Assembly (NCBI GenBank): GCA_030141605.1 | Contig: JAQGDQ010000075.1 | Location: 248,001-312,000 of the forward strand | From: Tubiluchus corallicola | Lineage: Eukaryota > Animalia > Priapulida | Reading direction: 5' to 3' | Length of the DNA: 64,000 bases | Shown here: positions 24,548-37,789 of the stretch, one piece after another | Layout: each line of letters starts with the position of its first letter | Numbering within the stretch: the first letter of the stretch is position 1 | Program-made: the position numbers and the translations under genes | Notes under the pieces: generated by a model | Databases searched by the model: none | Told to the model about the DNA's origin: nothing | The model's input: the letters and a program-made list of their open reading frames with translations, nothing else

Positions 24548-25554
24548 ACAAGAAAATCTCGTTTTTGCCTTTAAATAATTACTCCATATATTTGAGCCAC
24601 TGTAATCATGACGTCTACAACGTTACTTTGCGGCAAACAAAATTTCGTAAAATGGCGCTGAAGCCTCTATATTAAGCAACTTTCTGATGACTGTTCATTA
24701 AATAAATTTAATGAGCGCCCGCATAGATATTCAGTTCATTAAACGTAATTACGCCCTGAGGCTGAGCATGTTGGTAGCAATTATAAAATCAAAGAGCTGT
24801 TCTTAGACTGTGAATTCTAGTAGTAGTGGTACAGGCTTGTGTATATCTGGTAAGATATGCCGTTACAGTAAAATTATTTTAGTGAAAAAAATCCTTTACG
24901 TTTTTCGAAGGTCATCCACACATGTAAAATTGCCTTATTCCTTAAATATTCAAAAGCAAGGTTTTGGTGTAGTCTGCTCAGTTTTTCAGGGCCTATTTTT
25001 CTTCAACTCACTGGTCATTAAATTAATTGTTGTTTAGCAAATACAGTTAAGTTTAAAGTTTACTGATTGTAGCTTATCTCAATGAGAATCCATTGTATGT
25101 AAATATTCCTAATGACGGCTAGGGCTACCGTAATTTGCTATAAATGCACTGACTCGGCGAATAAAAGTCAGCCATAGCTTTAACAGCTCTAAATGTCATG
25201 CTTTGCTAATGCTGTTACAACTTGTTTAATTGCAAGCAATTTGTGGTAATAACGTTATTTTGATTGTATGCACCGGCAATAACTTATTGCAGTACGCATA
25301 TGTTGAAGGATCCAAGTTCAAATGTGATACGATAATATGAAGCTTCGTTATGGTGTTACGTCTTTTTGTGTAAAGTGGTTTGATGCCGTTGAGAGGCAAG
25401 GACAAATTTATCTTTAGGGTTGCATGGTAAACATGACACAGAAATTAATGTCACAGAAAAAATGGACGCAAGCGAAAAAGTAGAAAAAGTGTCACACTTA
25501 TGAAACGTAAGTTCTGGGTTAGGATCACTGTGGAGGATCCTCATTTTAGTTGTA

Positions 25555-26339
25555 TTTACCTCTGCCAAGGAAGTTATGCGTCAACGCTCTTTGTTTGTTT
25601 GTTTGTTTATCTGATTGGTTGTTTTTTGTTAGTTATATATCAGTAAGATTATTATGCGAAAAGTACTTTACAGATTTCAACGAAACTTTGTGGAAAATGT
25701 GGATAAGGGACAAGAAAGATGCATTTTGATGCAGATACTTGGACTGAGGAAGGGTGAAAACTGCCAAAGTTGGCGTTTTTGTCGTTTTTTTTTCACAAAA
25801 GTTACCGAACATCACGTGCAAAAACATTCGCGAAGCACTTCGTAGAAGTCTTAGAGGATGTGTTATAACTATTTGGAAAGAGGACCACTTGGTTACAAGA
25901 TAGGGCAATTCTTTTTTGTTATCTCTACTATGCAGTACAAATAACTCGAGTTAGTTTGAGGCTCCATTTCGAAAAATTCTCGCTTGGAAAACTGTGTTAA
26001 TGCTGTCTATAACCTTTGCTTATACGTATATAGTTTTATTCGCTGACTTAGTATGTAAATACGTACATTTGTCAGTGTCTAATACCATCGCCAAATGGTT
26101 AAACAAATGTAGACAAGACATAGTGTGGAATGCTCGTGCATTATTCATTATAATTTTCTTTAATGAACAAAATATTTCGTGAGTCTTCCGCCAGTATAAT
26201 ACTTATACGGGTATATTTCTGTATATTTGCTTATTTGTCTTTGTTTTATGTTTTTTTCTGGCAAAAGAGTCAGACGAACATGTCTAGGATTTTCCCACCT
26301 TGGCGTAGACATGCTTTCTACTGAGCGCATTCTAGTTTT
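25555..26339 (+). mobile_element. Helentron-associated non-autonomous element (HINE / DINE-1-like)
   Basis: 5' TTTACCTCTGCCAAGGAAGTTATG followed by (GTTT)n and a GATTTCAACGAAACTTTG core. 3' inverted copy CCTTGGCGTAG followed by TCTACTGAGCGCATTCTAGTTTT. Confidence 0.8.
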
Positions 26340-26364
26340 ATTAAAGAAATTAATGCATCAAAAT

Positions 26365-26445
26365 GACATTTGCCATTTTTCCTACTTTCCATTTATGCCA
26401 TTTTTCCTGTTTCATTTTTACCTGTACCATTTTACCAACATTCAT
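26365..26445. repeat. degenerate subterminal-type array (CCATTTTTCC units), probable MULE/MITE end
   Basis: TGCCATTTTTCC x2, TTCATTTTTACC, ACCATTTTACC at roughly 15-25 bp spacing. Confidence 0.4.
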
Positions 26446-26902
26446 TTCGGTACAATACGTTTCTACTTGTATGTTTAAAACGGACATTAAATAAGATCTA
26501 ATTGCCAATGGGTCAAACTATCGAGAAATTCAAATCAGACTATCTGCTACGTATTGGCTTCAGTATGAGGCTTTTTCCATTTTTACGTTCATTCGCGCAG
26601 TAAGCAAAGACAATTTCAGTGACAAATGTCAAATTATTTGATAATTATTGCACTGTCACGAGAAAGCGCCGAGGGCAGTCTTAGCGAATTCCAAGGAAGA
26701 TCTTATTACAGACGGAGGAAAAACGATAACGAGGCATTCAATCCAAGAGAGATGAAGTCAATGTTCAAAACTTTCCGTACGCAATAGTCAATATAATATG
26801 TATATAGTTCAAATACTAAAATGCTGACAGTACTGCCGAGTATTTGCAACCAAACGTACAGCCTTTGCAGAACTTTTAGTAGAAATGCCGTTATATGTGA
26901 TC

Positions 26903-27015
26903 TTGTAATCATTTGTGCTGAGTTGTATTTTGAATTGTGACATTGTAATCATGAGTGCTGAGTTGTATTTTGAATTGTGACATTGTAATCATGAGTGCTG
27001 AGTTGTATTTTGAAT
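26903..27015. repeat. 40-bp tandem repeat x2.8
   Basis: Unit TTGTAATCATGAGTGCTGAGTTGTATTTTGAATTGTGACA at 26903, 26943 and 26983; no spacers. Confidence 0.95.
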
Positions 27016-27872
27016 GCTTTTTCGCAAATCATTTTGCGCTCATTGCCACGTCTCGGCTTAGTTTTCAGAACTTCGACTTAAAATATCTCTACCTCTGTTA
27101 GGATTTTGCATACACCACGAGAGTTCATATAATGCAGCTACAGATTCAAAGAACTACACAAACTTCCGGAGATACAGCAGCACGGAAAGATAGGGAACCC
27201 GAATTCCAATTGGCAACCTTTCTACTCGTTTTATTTTGAGCAAGGAAACTGCTGTGACATCTATAACGATGCCCATTACGCTCCCACCAGGGAATAGAAT
27301 AGCCGTAGTTTTGTGTGTACCTGATCCGCATGAAGATGAATTTAAAATAGCCAGCAGTTCATGCAGAGTTGCTGAATTTTCAGAAAGTTCCGTGTAGAAG
27401 TCTACTCAGGTTAACGTCTATCTAGTCTTACGTCTCTACAATCAAGCGAAAGAATTAATAAAGAATTATTTCTGAGTTATTAGACAGAGGAATTGCAAGT
27501 TAAGCAGTCTGATAGTTATGTTTATGCTTTGACATCCTTTTATGCTGTTTACTGACACGTTCTACGCACAGTTTATTAGATTACTCCATGTTTAACTAAT
27601 AATTGAAGAGCTCAAAGAACATATATTAGTTTTAGTATATTAAATGCCTTTACTAAACATTCAGCGGTTTAACGACGCTTTAGACTGAATATTGGCGCAA
27701 AAACACGAAGGCAATTTATTCGGAAATCTCAAGACTCTGCTTAATGACTTCTTTATGCCTGTAAAAGTGTTTTACACAGTTTGCAAATACGTCGAGGAAT
27801 ACTTTAGACATTTTAAACATTTAAAAGAATTAAATAGAGCTTATCGAGTTGTACCGTGTACATTTTTAGGAA

Positions 27873-27997
27873 GGAGTTTACAATTCCTCACACAAATTGA
27901 ATGCCCTAACCCTAACCCTAGTCCTAACCGTAACTCTAACCCTAATCGTAATCCGCTTAACGAACAAATTTCTTGTTAGTGGAGAACTGTAAACTTT
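27873..27997. mobile_element. MITE with imperfect TIRs and internal telomere-like (CCTAAC)n
   Basis: GAGTTTACAATTCCTCAC and GTGGAGAACTGTAAACTT are inverted repeats flanking CCTAACCCTAACCCTAGTCCTAACCGTAACTCTAACCCTAA. Confidence 0.65.
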
Positions 27998-30230
27998 AGC
28001 CTTTTTTACTGTGCTAACCAATGTATACAAACACTGCGCAATATCCCGTATGTAACTGTAGCTGTAGCCGCTTTTAGCAGAGGAGAACGCTTCATTAACT
28101 TCGAGAGAAGGTAGGCGAATATGATAATGGAAGCAAAACCAAAAGGCAATCTAAGAGACGTATTTCTCATAAGTAATGATTAAAAAAATACATAAACCAA
28201 CCTGCATACAACAGAGGGATTTCCTGACTGCGTTCATTTTTAATCAAGATGACGACTCATTGACCTCACTAGCCATCCAGCATAATCACACCATCCTCTC
28301 TGTCCTAATGGACATGAAATTTTAGCGACGTACTTGTACGAAATGCACAATGAAATCTCATTAAGACAGATGATACATCTTCACTGCAGAAACGCGACGG
28401 CGCGTGACACCTCGGTTCGAAATCGCAGAAGAGATGTCTTTAAGAATTTGAGTTGAACAAAAAGCGCGTGTATTGATCGTCAAGTTGAAGATGCGACAGG
28501 AGTGGATATTGTAAATGTTTACTCGTCAGATCTACACTGTTTTTACGAGTCAGCTGAACACACAAGCTAGTTGGCTGGTGACACGAGAATCGTTGTAAAA
28601 ATGTCCAAAATTGTTCATCTAAATAACAACTAATCAACGAGACCCGATGTCAGGTAGGCGGTTTGATTCTGTCAGACAATATTGGAGAACGTTAACGTGT
28701 CAGAACACTAACACCAAAAAATAAATGCACCAAGCATTTTGAATGGAACTGGTTACACAAAATGCCTTAAAATAAGTGTCTGCACACAACAAAGAGATTT
28801 GCTATAGAATCTTATGGAGACGTTGTCCTGTTGGAGCTTGAATAAATTGTGGTGCTTCTTGAGTCAGGGCGGATAATGTATACGTAAGCAGTTGGCATCT
28901 ATAATATGAGATTGATTAAATCGATACATAGCAGGTCTCCACACTCAGCATTTATACCGAAAATCTAATCATTGCACATGCTGTGCATGCGTGCATGTGT
29001 CTGCGTGCGTGGTTCCGTGTGCAGAAAATTACGCAGAGTACTACAATGACTATTATATAAGCCCACCATCTTTACAGATACATCAGTGTAATTTTGTTAT
29101 TCGTGTATAAAATGTCTTAATACATGAAAAAATGTGCATTCCATAAGAAACTTAGGAGTCCCACAAATACATGCAGGCAAAAATATGCCTCCATATTTAC
29201 GCAGCTCAAAATATACAGAATTAAATGACTATAATCAATAAACTGCCTTCGTGCTTTGAGCAGGTAAACTTTATTGAAATAATGCTTTGTTAACACTGCA
29301 CAAAAGTTCCTTTTCTGTTATTTTACCTTTCTCACCTTTAAGACATTGAGTGATATCACTATAGTTTCCTTCCATTCTGTCGATTAGTCAGGCCTGGAGC
29401 TAATAGAAAATCGTTGCTAATCAGAGCGATAGCTAATGTCATTATTGGAATAAAAGCTAGCGCATGCGCATAAACGGTAGAACGTTTTACTGACAAGCGG
29501 ATTTATGAATATGACAGCAAATTTTGTTGTGCAAAAATATTAATTACATCCGCAAGAAACTAAACCAGCTCAACATTCCCAGGCTCGATTTCTTCGACGT
29601 TTCACACACGCTTTAAGACGCTTTTCTCTTGTGTAATTAAACTGTTCTGAAATGAATGCAATCGGTGATTTACTATATTTTGTCATAATTTTGGTCGAAT
29701 GAAACTATGATCAACTGGATGCTGATGACTGCTGGTCGACTGAGACTATGGAAACAGGGAAGCTCACCGATTGGAACTTTAGTTTAGCTCTATCGTACAG
29801 ACCTGAGTTTCGATCAGAAGATTACTTTTTCAAAAAAATTGTAGAATCTGGAATAAGTCAGTTATGATATTGGGAATTCGTCCAGCCTATTAGTCTTTAA
29901 AATGAAGTTAGCCGAAACCTGTTTATTAAAATATTGCAAATACATGGATTTTTTTGAAACATTTTCCCCTTGATTCAATGATCTCTTCCAATTTTGATAA
30001 ATTTACATGTTGTACATATTTTATTGATTTCAATATACGAACGAAACAAATAAGCAAACAAACAAACAAAAAAACAAACAAACAAATAAGCAAACAAATA
30101 AATAAATAAGTAAATAAAGGACACCAAACCAGTAGACTAAAAGAACTTAGAGTAGACGCTCTAAAATTTAAAGCTTAAACCGAGAAAGAGAGAGAAAAAT
30201 AGAGAGAAAGAGAGAAGAAAAGAGAAAGAA

Positions 30231-30233
<3 letters not shown>

Positions 30234-30311
<78 letters not shown>
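30234..30311. repeat. (AG)n microsatellite
   Basis: Direct reading; an (AAAC)n tract precedes it at ~30043-30118. Confidence 0.95.
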
Positions 30312-30314
<3 letters not shown>

Positions 30315-30798
30315 TTGCAATGTTGATCATCTTTTGCAGATTTCACATTGTTTTGAACGAGCAAGGAAGTCCGAAAGCTCTACAACTGCTAAAGAAGCTG
30401 TATTCGCTTTCTAGGTTCTTCATAATTCACTCTAATTTATCTATTTAAGAACATTGATATAATACAAATTTTAAACGCTCAACTTTTTCGTTTCACAAAA
30501 ATAAAAATGCGTCATGGTCATCCAAATTTTATCAACAATTTTCGAAGCAGTTTAAATATTTAAAAACTGAGCTTAAACAGAGCAGCTATAGGTGCAACAC
30601 CACAGCATCAACTATTTTTACTTTGTGAATGCATGTGCATGGCTTCAATGGTATTGGCAATAAAACTTACCGTTTAATAGGAAAATTGTTATCAATTATT
30701 CAACTTTTTAGTAATCATTTTTTTGGAAGTTGGGCTGATAAAAGTCGCAAGTCTGCCTGTTCTAAAATCTATTGCCGTTCTAAGTTTTGACAAACGTT

Positions 30799-30815
30799 AG
30801 ACAGACGGACGGATG

Positions 30816-30855
<40 letters not shown>

Positions 30856-30868
30856 CAGACAGACAGAC

Positions 30869-30961
<93 letters not shown>

Positions 30962-30983
30962 AACAAACAAACAAACAAACAAA
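30799..30983. repeat. (AGAC)n(AAAC)n microsatellite
   Basis: Direct reading. Confidence 0.95.
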
Positions 30984-31638
30984 CGTAATCAACTTATTTA
31001 TTTATCGAGAAATAATGCGTCCTTTTATACTGACAGTTAAAGGCATAGAAAAATTTTTTGTTGGCTGCTTGCACGCCCTTAGTTTTTCTTGTTTTATTCG
31101 CATCAAATATACCGGCACAAAAATAGCAGGACAAAGTTTGCCATTTATTAGCTTAAATGCTACCAACTTATCAGCTATTTTGACACTATTAATTTATTAT
31201 AGAAAAGCGAACTTTTAAATTAATTATGCTTGAGGATAATAAAAGCAAACAGTTAATGTGTTAATGAAATTTCAATCTTGACAACAGCTGTTGCTGATCG
31301 CTAAATTCGCACAAATATTTAGCATTCGTGCTCACTTTGACCTTGAATTTAAGGAAAAGGTTGTGGCTGCATATGATCAAGTAACTTTTTCTCAAGAAAG
31401 TATTAAACATCATAATTTTTATATTATATCAGCTAACAACGCCCTGTAACACCATTTCACGGAATTTTGAACCTATTACTATAACTGTAGTAAGACCTCA
31501 TTCATCCAAAAATGTTGAACAATGCCCCAAAATTTTTTTATAAAATTTTAATCAGATGGAAATTAATTAAAATGTACTTTATTTAGTTATACTAAAGGAG
31601 TCTGATTCACTTAAAATACACATAACAACACCACAACT

Positions 31639-31721
31639 AAAGATGAAGTTAAAATGTACACATTCATTCCCAGAGTCTGACAGTCTCTGGGTATAAATGT
31701 GTGAATTTTAACTTCATCTTT
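31639..31721. repeat. 83-bp near-perfect palindrome
   Basis: AAAGATGAAGTTAAAAT pairs perfectly with ATTTTAACTTCATCTTT; inner stems ACACATT/AATGTGT and CCCAGAG/CTCTGGG. Confidence 0.9.
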
Positions 31722-32040
31722 TAACTACTTTTTGTCATGCCGCTATATAGGCGCAGGAGGAGGTCAGGGGCGGTAGCCCTCCCAATATGCTCCTCATTGT
31801 GCTGGCAAAGTTATAGACATGTTTGCAAAAGGAAAACACAAACCGTTACCGTTATTTTCCTTTTGAAATTCTGAAACGTTAGAAAAAGTATTGTGAAAGT
31901 ATTTGCATGTATGTTCAATGAAAATGCAAATCATTGGCTTGTGTCTTGTTAGACAAATCCTTTTTTAGTAACTGTTTTTTATAATTTGGACTTCTTGCAT
32001 TTATATGCGATTATGCATTTATTTATATACGTTATTGCTT

Positions 32041-32461
32041 CTAAATTACTAATGTAATATTCAATTGACAATTCTAATTCGTACAGTATGTTTTAAAGTA
32101 AATAAGAAAATTAATTAAATGATTATAATACGCTGTTCTGACCTATTCCTGTTCTTACTGACCTACATAACTTTTCCTTTTTCACATTTATTAAATAATT
32201 CTTCTCTCTCTAGTACAAACTATATATACTAACAACTGCCAGGCGCCACATAGCTGGTCGGCCGCTGCTTAGCGATGTACTTCAGTACAACCTAAAGACA
32301 TGTGCTCGCACTCAACATAACTGTTTTAGTTATCGCATTTCAAGGACCAATTTTTACATTGGTTTTCGTAAACTAAATGACTAATGTAATATTCAATTGA
32401 CAATTCTAATTCGTACAGTATGTTTTAAAGTAAATAAGAAAATTAATTAAATGATTATAAT
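32041..32461 (+). repeat. 89-bp direct repeats (32041-32129, 32373-32461) flanking a 243-bp insert
   Basis: One mismatch in 89 bp. Confidence 0.95.
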
Positions 32462-32924
32462 GTCATCTATGAAAACGTCTGACTTTAAATGAACATCTAC
32501 TTTGCATCTCAGGAAAAGCCTTTTCATACTGAATTTTCTGCAACACCATTACTAGTTCAAATCCCATACGCGTAAAGTCTGTTAATATTATTGAACTTTT
32601 TTTCACACTCGCAGTTTGCTCCCCCTCCTAGCTGCTTCTTCACGCACTGCGATTGTGAGATTTGTGGCCGATGTAGGAATGGAAACGCCCATGTCCAACT
32701 GTTGCCTAGTAGCTGTCTTTGGCTTTACTTATGTGCTATCTAACAATATATACTGCATACAACTTGCATACAACTGGGAAAGGAAACGCCCCTGTATCAT
32801 TGCTGCCTATTACCTAGCTTTGTATGCATTATGTATGTACTATCTAACAAGACACTGTGTTGAACATTATAATGATTTCAATTTTTCGATTGTGCGCAAA
32901 ATGCGAGGCCTTTGTTAGAAGAAT

Positions 32925-33170
32925 AAAAATGGTCCCATGCCTAGATAGTTACAGCATCAATATTCGTAATCTCGGCACACAAGGAAGATATGTGACTAAC
33001 CCATCGCTCGGCCAGTTTCTTCCTCCTACCCCCCCCCCCCCCGTATATGACTGGTACTCAGTTAAAGGCTGAGTAGACCTAGGAGAGCGGCCAGAGAGTC
33101 TGTTCCAGCGGAACATGGTCCGAAAAATCTCGACATCGATATTGACTGCTGGAGAGGATCAAGCTTAGTT
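32925..33170 (-). mobile_element. tRNA-derived SINE with Deu/Nin-type core-like motif
   Basis: Minus strand CCTAGGTCTACTCAGCCTTTAACTGAGTACCAG matches the widespread GTCGACTCAGCC...TGAGTACC SINE core. The flanking CTCGGCAC...CGCTCGGCC...poly-C layout is typical of this group. Confidence 0.6.
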
Positions 33171-34285
33171 CTTAAAGTTAACAACAAGACCAGGGCTCAC
33201 CTAGCAGCTGTCTACGGAACTAAAAGAGGTACAATGACGTTCCCACCGAATAGTACGTTCAGGCGTTTAAGCTAAATCATCCCGCGTAGATGACCGTCTC
33301 AACGTTGATGGCGGTGAGAGGAGCTATCAGTGAAGCCAATGAGTGCAAACGCGTTGATCGATACCGCTATGACGTCATTCGGCCGAATTGATATTCATCT
33401 AGTTATTCTGGTTGATAGAGTTAATCAGTCTTTGTCATTCTGTTCGCAAAGGCGCATAATAAACGGTGTTTCGACTGTTATATTTAGAATCATTAATGCC
33501 AGCACCAAATAGGCTTAACAGAACGAAACTGGAAAGATCACAAATCAAAGATAAAAAGTCAAATCAGTTTTGAACAATATCACGATTAGGTGAAAATTCA
33601 AAGCAATGATGACATTGTGGCACATAATTAATACTAATTTCTTTCTTCAGAAATTTTGCTAAGATAGTAATTTTAAGATTTGGTAATATTCACAGTGTGT
33701 TGTTATTTGATTTGTTGTTGTAACTCAGCGTTGTTGTTGCTGTTACTGTTGCGATTGCAGCAGCAGCAGCAGCAGCAGCTTCTGCTGCTGCTGTCGGTGC
33801 CATTGTTGCTGTTATTGCTATTGCTGCAGTTGTCGTTGTCACTGTCATTGTTATTATTCAGGTTGTTGTTGTCTCTGTCCTGTTCTTGCTCTGTTTGACT
33901 TGCGTTGATGGTATGGTTAAGGCTATCACAACACAATTAAGAAAGAGTAGCTAATACTCAGTGCGAACTGTCTATATGTAATCGAAACGTTCAACATGCT
34001 GAAGCCAAAAATTTCGATTCGTTAGCTGCGGCAACACGCTGCTGCCACCTACAGGTGACATCAATACTAGCTGGCTGGTTCAACATTAGTGGACCATATA
34101 ACTCAAATCTTGATTTGATTACAATCATTAATTTTCTTATTTTCCCCACCAGATTGTCGATAATTCGATTAAGTTCAACCAATGAAATGCTTACATTTTG
34201 AAGTGACGCAAATCAGCACGGCAAATAGTCTTATTTGTCAAAACAGATCGTGCGATTGATCTCACAGTACTGAAATGTATACAGT

Positions 34286-34500
<215 letters not shown>

Positions 34501-34645
34501 TACAATTAATGATCTTTATTTAAAGTTGTGTTTAGCTTGGGGTGTTGTAGCATAAGCTCATGAACTTTTAGCCTACTAGTGACAAATTAACCTTCACAAC
34601 AATGATTATTATTATCCGTAAGGATGACTAAAAAGTGCAGAAAAC

Positions 34646-34736
34646 GTACGGAAAAAATACTGCAGTTCCGTACCGTATCGTAATTCAGTACCGTACTTTT
34701 TAGAATTTTATTTCGTAGCGAACTGCCAGCCTTGCC
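34646..34736 (-). mobile_element. MITE end with CGTAC repeats (same family as 58929-59063)
   Basis: Minus-strand terminus GGCAAGGCTGGCAGTTCG vs GGCAAAGCTGGCAGTACG at 58929; both carry CCGTAC arrays. Confidence 0.6.
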
Positions 34737-36074
34737 CGCATGTTGCTTCTGTTAATTTATGTTAACTACTGCCAATTACTGCCCCACTATGAGTAACCAC
34801 TGATACTGTAATTTTATACAGCAATGTTGAGAGTAGTACGTTGTACAGATAAAAACTTACAGTAGAAAAATAAAGTTGTCTAGGAAGAATAAACAAGGGT
34901 TTCAGTAAACATGTTTTTGGGCTATTCTGAGATGGACTGTTTTTAGTCATGATGGATTATTCAAAATTTGTTTCTTTTACCATGCAGATGAACACAATGA
35001 TCCGAAGAATAACACTAGACAAAGTAAATGTTCAATGCCTACGTGGATGCAACGTGAAATAGCCTGTCGTTTGCCGTGCTCAAATTTGCATTAACAAGGA
35101 TTTATAGGGGTGGTCCTACAAGTGGGTCCGTACCACCAACAAGGCCCACCTAAAATTAGTTCTGCCACCAAGGCAGTAAGCGCCATGGTCCCCTCTATCA
35201 CCTGATATAAGTAAAAACAGGTCACCAGACTGACAGACTATTACATTGCTAACTTGCTTTTATGTTACGCAATATTACGAAAAGCTACACTAGCTCTACC
35301 TCCTGAGCCAAATCAAAGACAGATCGGTGTGTTTATACCTAGAGACGTCAAAACCGAACACAATATCACTTGCGGCAGCTTGAGTCTCATTGCGTTCAGT
35401 AGCGGCTCATAAATAAATAAAAAGCTAGTAAGTGAATAACAGCCTTTTGCATAATTTAGAGAATATTATTACAATAGAATAATGGCATGCATGCAAGTAG
35501 CTGGCATCACTGCGCGACAAAATAAATGTAAGTGCAATTACGGCCATCAGATGGTGGAACTAGAACACAGATTCGGTTGAGGGGGTGGAGGACTTAACGT
35601 GAAGGTATAACGTGTAAAAATGTTCATTCGATTGCAAATGAAAAATTTGGAACTGCAAATACTGTATTAAGGACTACATTGAAACAACATAGGAATGAAG
35701 CTTAGCGAAATTAGAACAACATGTGTAAAATATGGCGAATTTTCTCCAGCAAGTAATTACATAGTTGAGCTTATTAAATATACAGAGCAGTTTGCTGTAA
35801 CATCCTATAAACGTAAACAGCAACAAACTCGTGACCTGTGACTTCAAAGCAAATTGCCCACATAAACAGGAACAACAAAAGGAAGTAAGTATTAGAGGTC
35901 TCATCTGCGATTTAAAAAATAGAACCCTGGGTTATGTAAGGAAAAGCCTTCACACTACCGGCGCTAGTAAGTCTGTAATGCAGGTGTGAAATTCTGCAAG
36001 TTTAATTTCAGTGGGTAAAAATTGTGGCAAACTTTATTGTTTTACAGTGAATTTCGAACGTTGAAAAAGTATCG

Positions 36075-36089
36075 TATTATTATTATTAC

Positions 36090-36151
<62 letters not shown>

Positions 36152-36153
36152 TT
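36075..36153. repeat. (ATT)n microsatellite
   Basis: Direct reading. Confidence 0.95.
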
Positions 36154-36528
36154 TCCCTAAAATAGACTCATCTTGTTGCAGAATATTACATTATATGATG
36201 TAGAATATTGCTAATTATTGCATATATGTAACTAATTTTGTCTGTACTCATCATCTTAGTTTTCGCTCAATTTTTGTAAATATGTAAATTTTGTAAATAA
36301 CCTACCTCTGCGTTTCGTAGTTTTGTTAATTTCCAATAATTTTATATTTATCTTTTTTTCATAATATTAGTTGTAGATGACGCTATTGCCATTTGCCAAT
36401 ATTCAGTTGGTCGCATACTTTGTATATGATTGACTGGTATGCTGCCGCTGGTACGCAGCACACATTTCTTATGTGCAATGTATTTTAACTTTGTTAACGT
36501 GACTTGGCAGGTAAAGATAGTAAAGATT

Positions 36529-36960
<432 letters not shown>

Positions 36961-37789
36961 TTATCAGCGACTTTATAACAGAGTTCACTTTAGCGGAGTA
37001 ACAGTTATAACATCTAGCGAACTGTAGTTTGTGGACCGAAATTTGCAGAGCGTTCATATTGTAATAGGTTCTATAGGAAAAGCAGCAAATGTACTCTTGT
37101 AATTGAACAAGTGAAGTTACAACAAATATTGATCGTTGAAAAAATGTAGATACTTTACTCCAGAGGAATAACAATGACACATGCACGAACTATGTAGTGA
37201 ACTCTAGTAGGCCGACGTAATTTTGACGAGCGTCAATGTCCTAACCGACGAACTGACTCCATTGAGCAGCATGCTCTAGTCTAGACTGTCTGAAAATCTT
37301 TCTTCTGAATTCTTTTCTTGCAACATTTTAATCTCCACTGCCGTTGATATTAAACACACACGTATATTAAACCATTTACAATTAATAGCAGTGCACCGAG
37401 GATTCCAATTATACCTGCAATTACCGCCAGTATTATGAGTAGTACCAGATCTAAGGAGTTATTTATGGTAGGCATTGTCCATTAACTTGATGTTATTCAC
37501 ACGACCTGATATCGCCTTTAATTACTCAGTTCAATTGTGTGAGGATATTAATCACTAGATGACATTTGTGTGTAGCTGCAGTTAGATGCTGTAAAAGCAA
37601 AGGGAAGCAGCTATCGGTTGGTTAATTGGTTAGCCGATTGACCAATCCGAGTAAAACCGAGTTCAGTTCGTTTAGTTTTGTTCAGTATAACTGAGTTGGT
37701 TGGTTAGTTTGTTGGTTAGATAGACGGCGGGTCAACCAGTCAGCCAGCCAGCCAGCCAGACGTCAACAAGCAACCAGTCATTTCTGACG

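Noticed and set aside
26903-27015. CRISPR-like repeat
   Set aside because: Head-to-tail 40-mers without spacers; eukaryotic context; no cas genes
32614-32918. Acceptor-like site plus Cys-containing frame / 100-aa ORF
   Set aside because: No homology recognised; the frame compatible with the 15131 donor hits a stop after 5 codons
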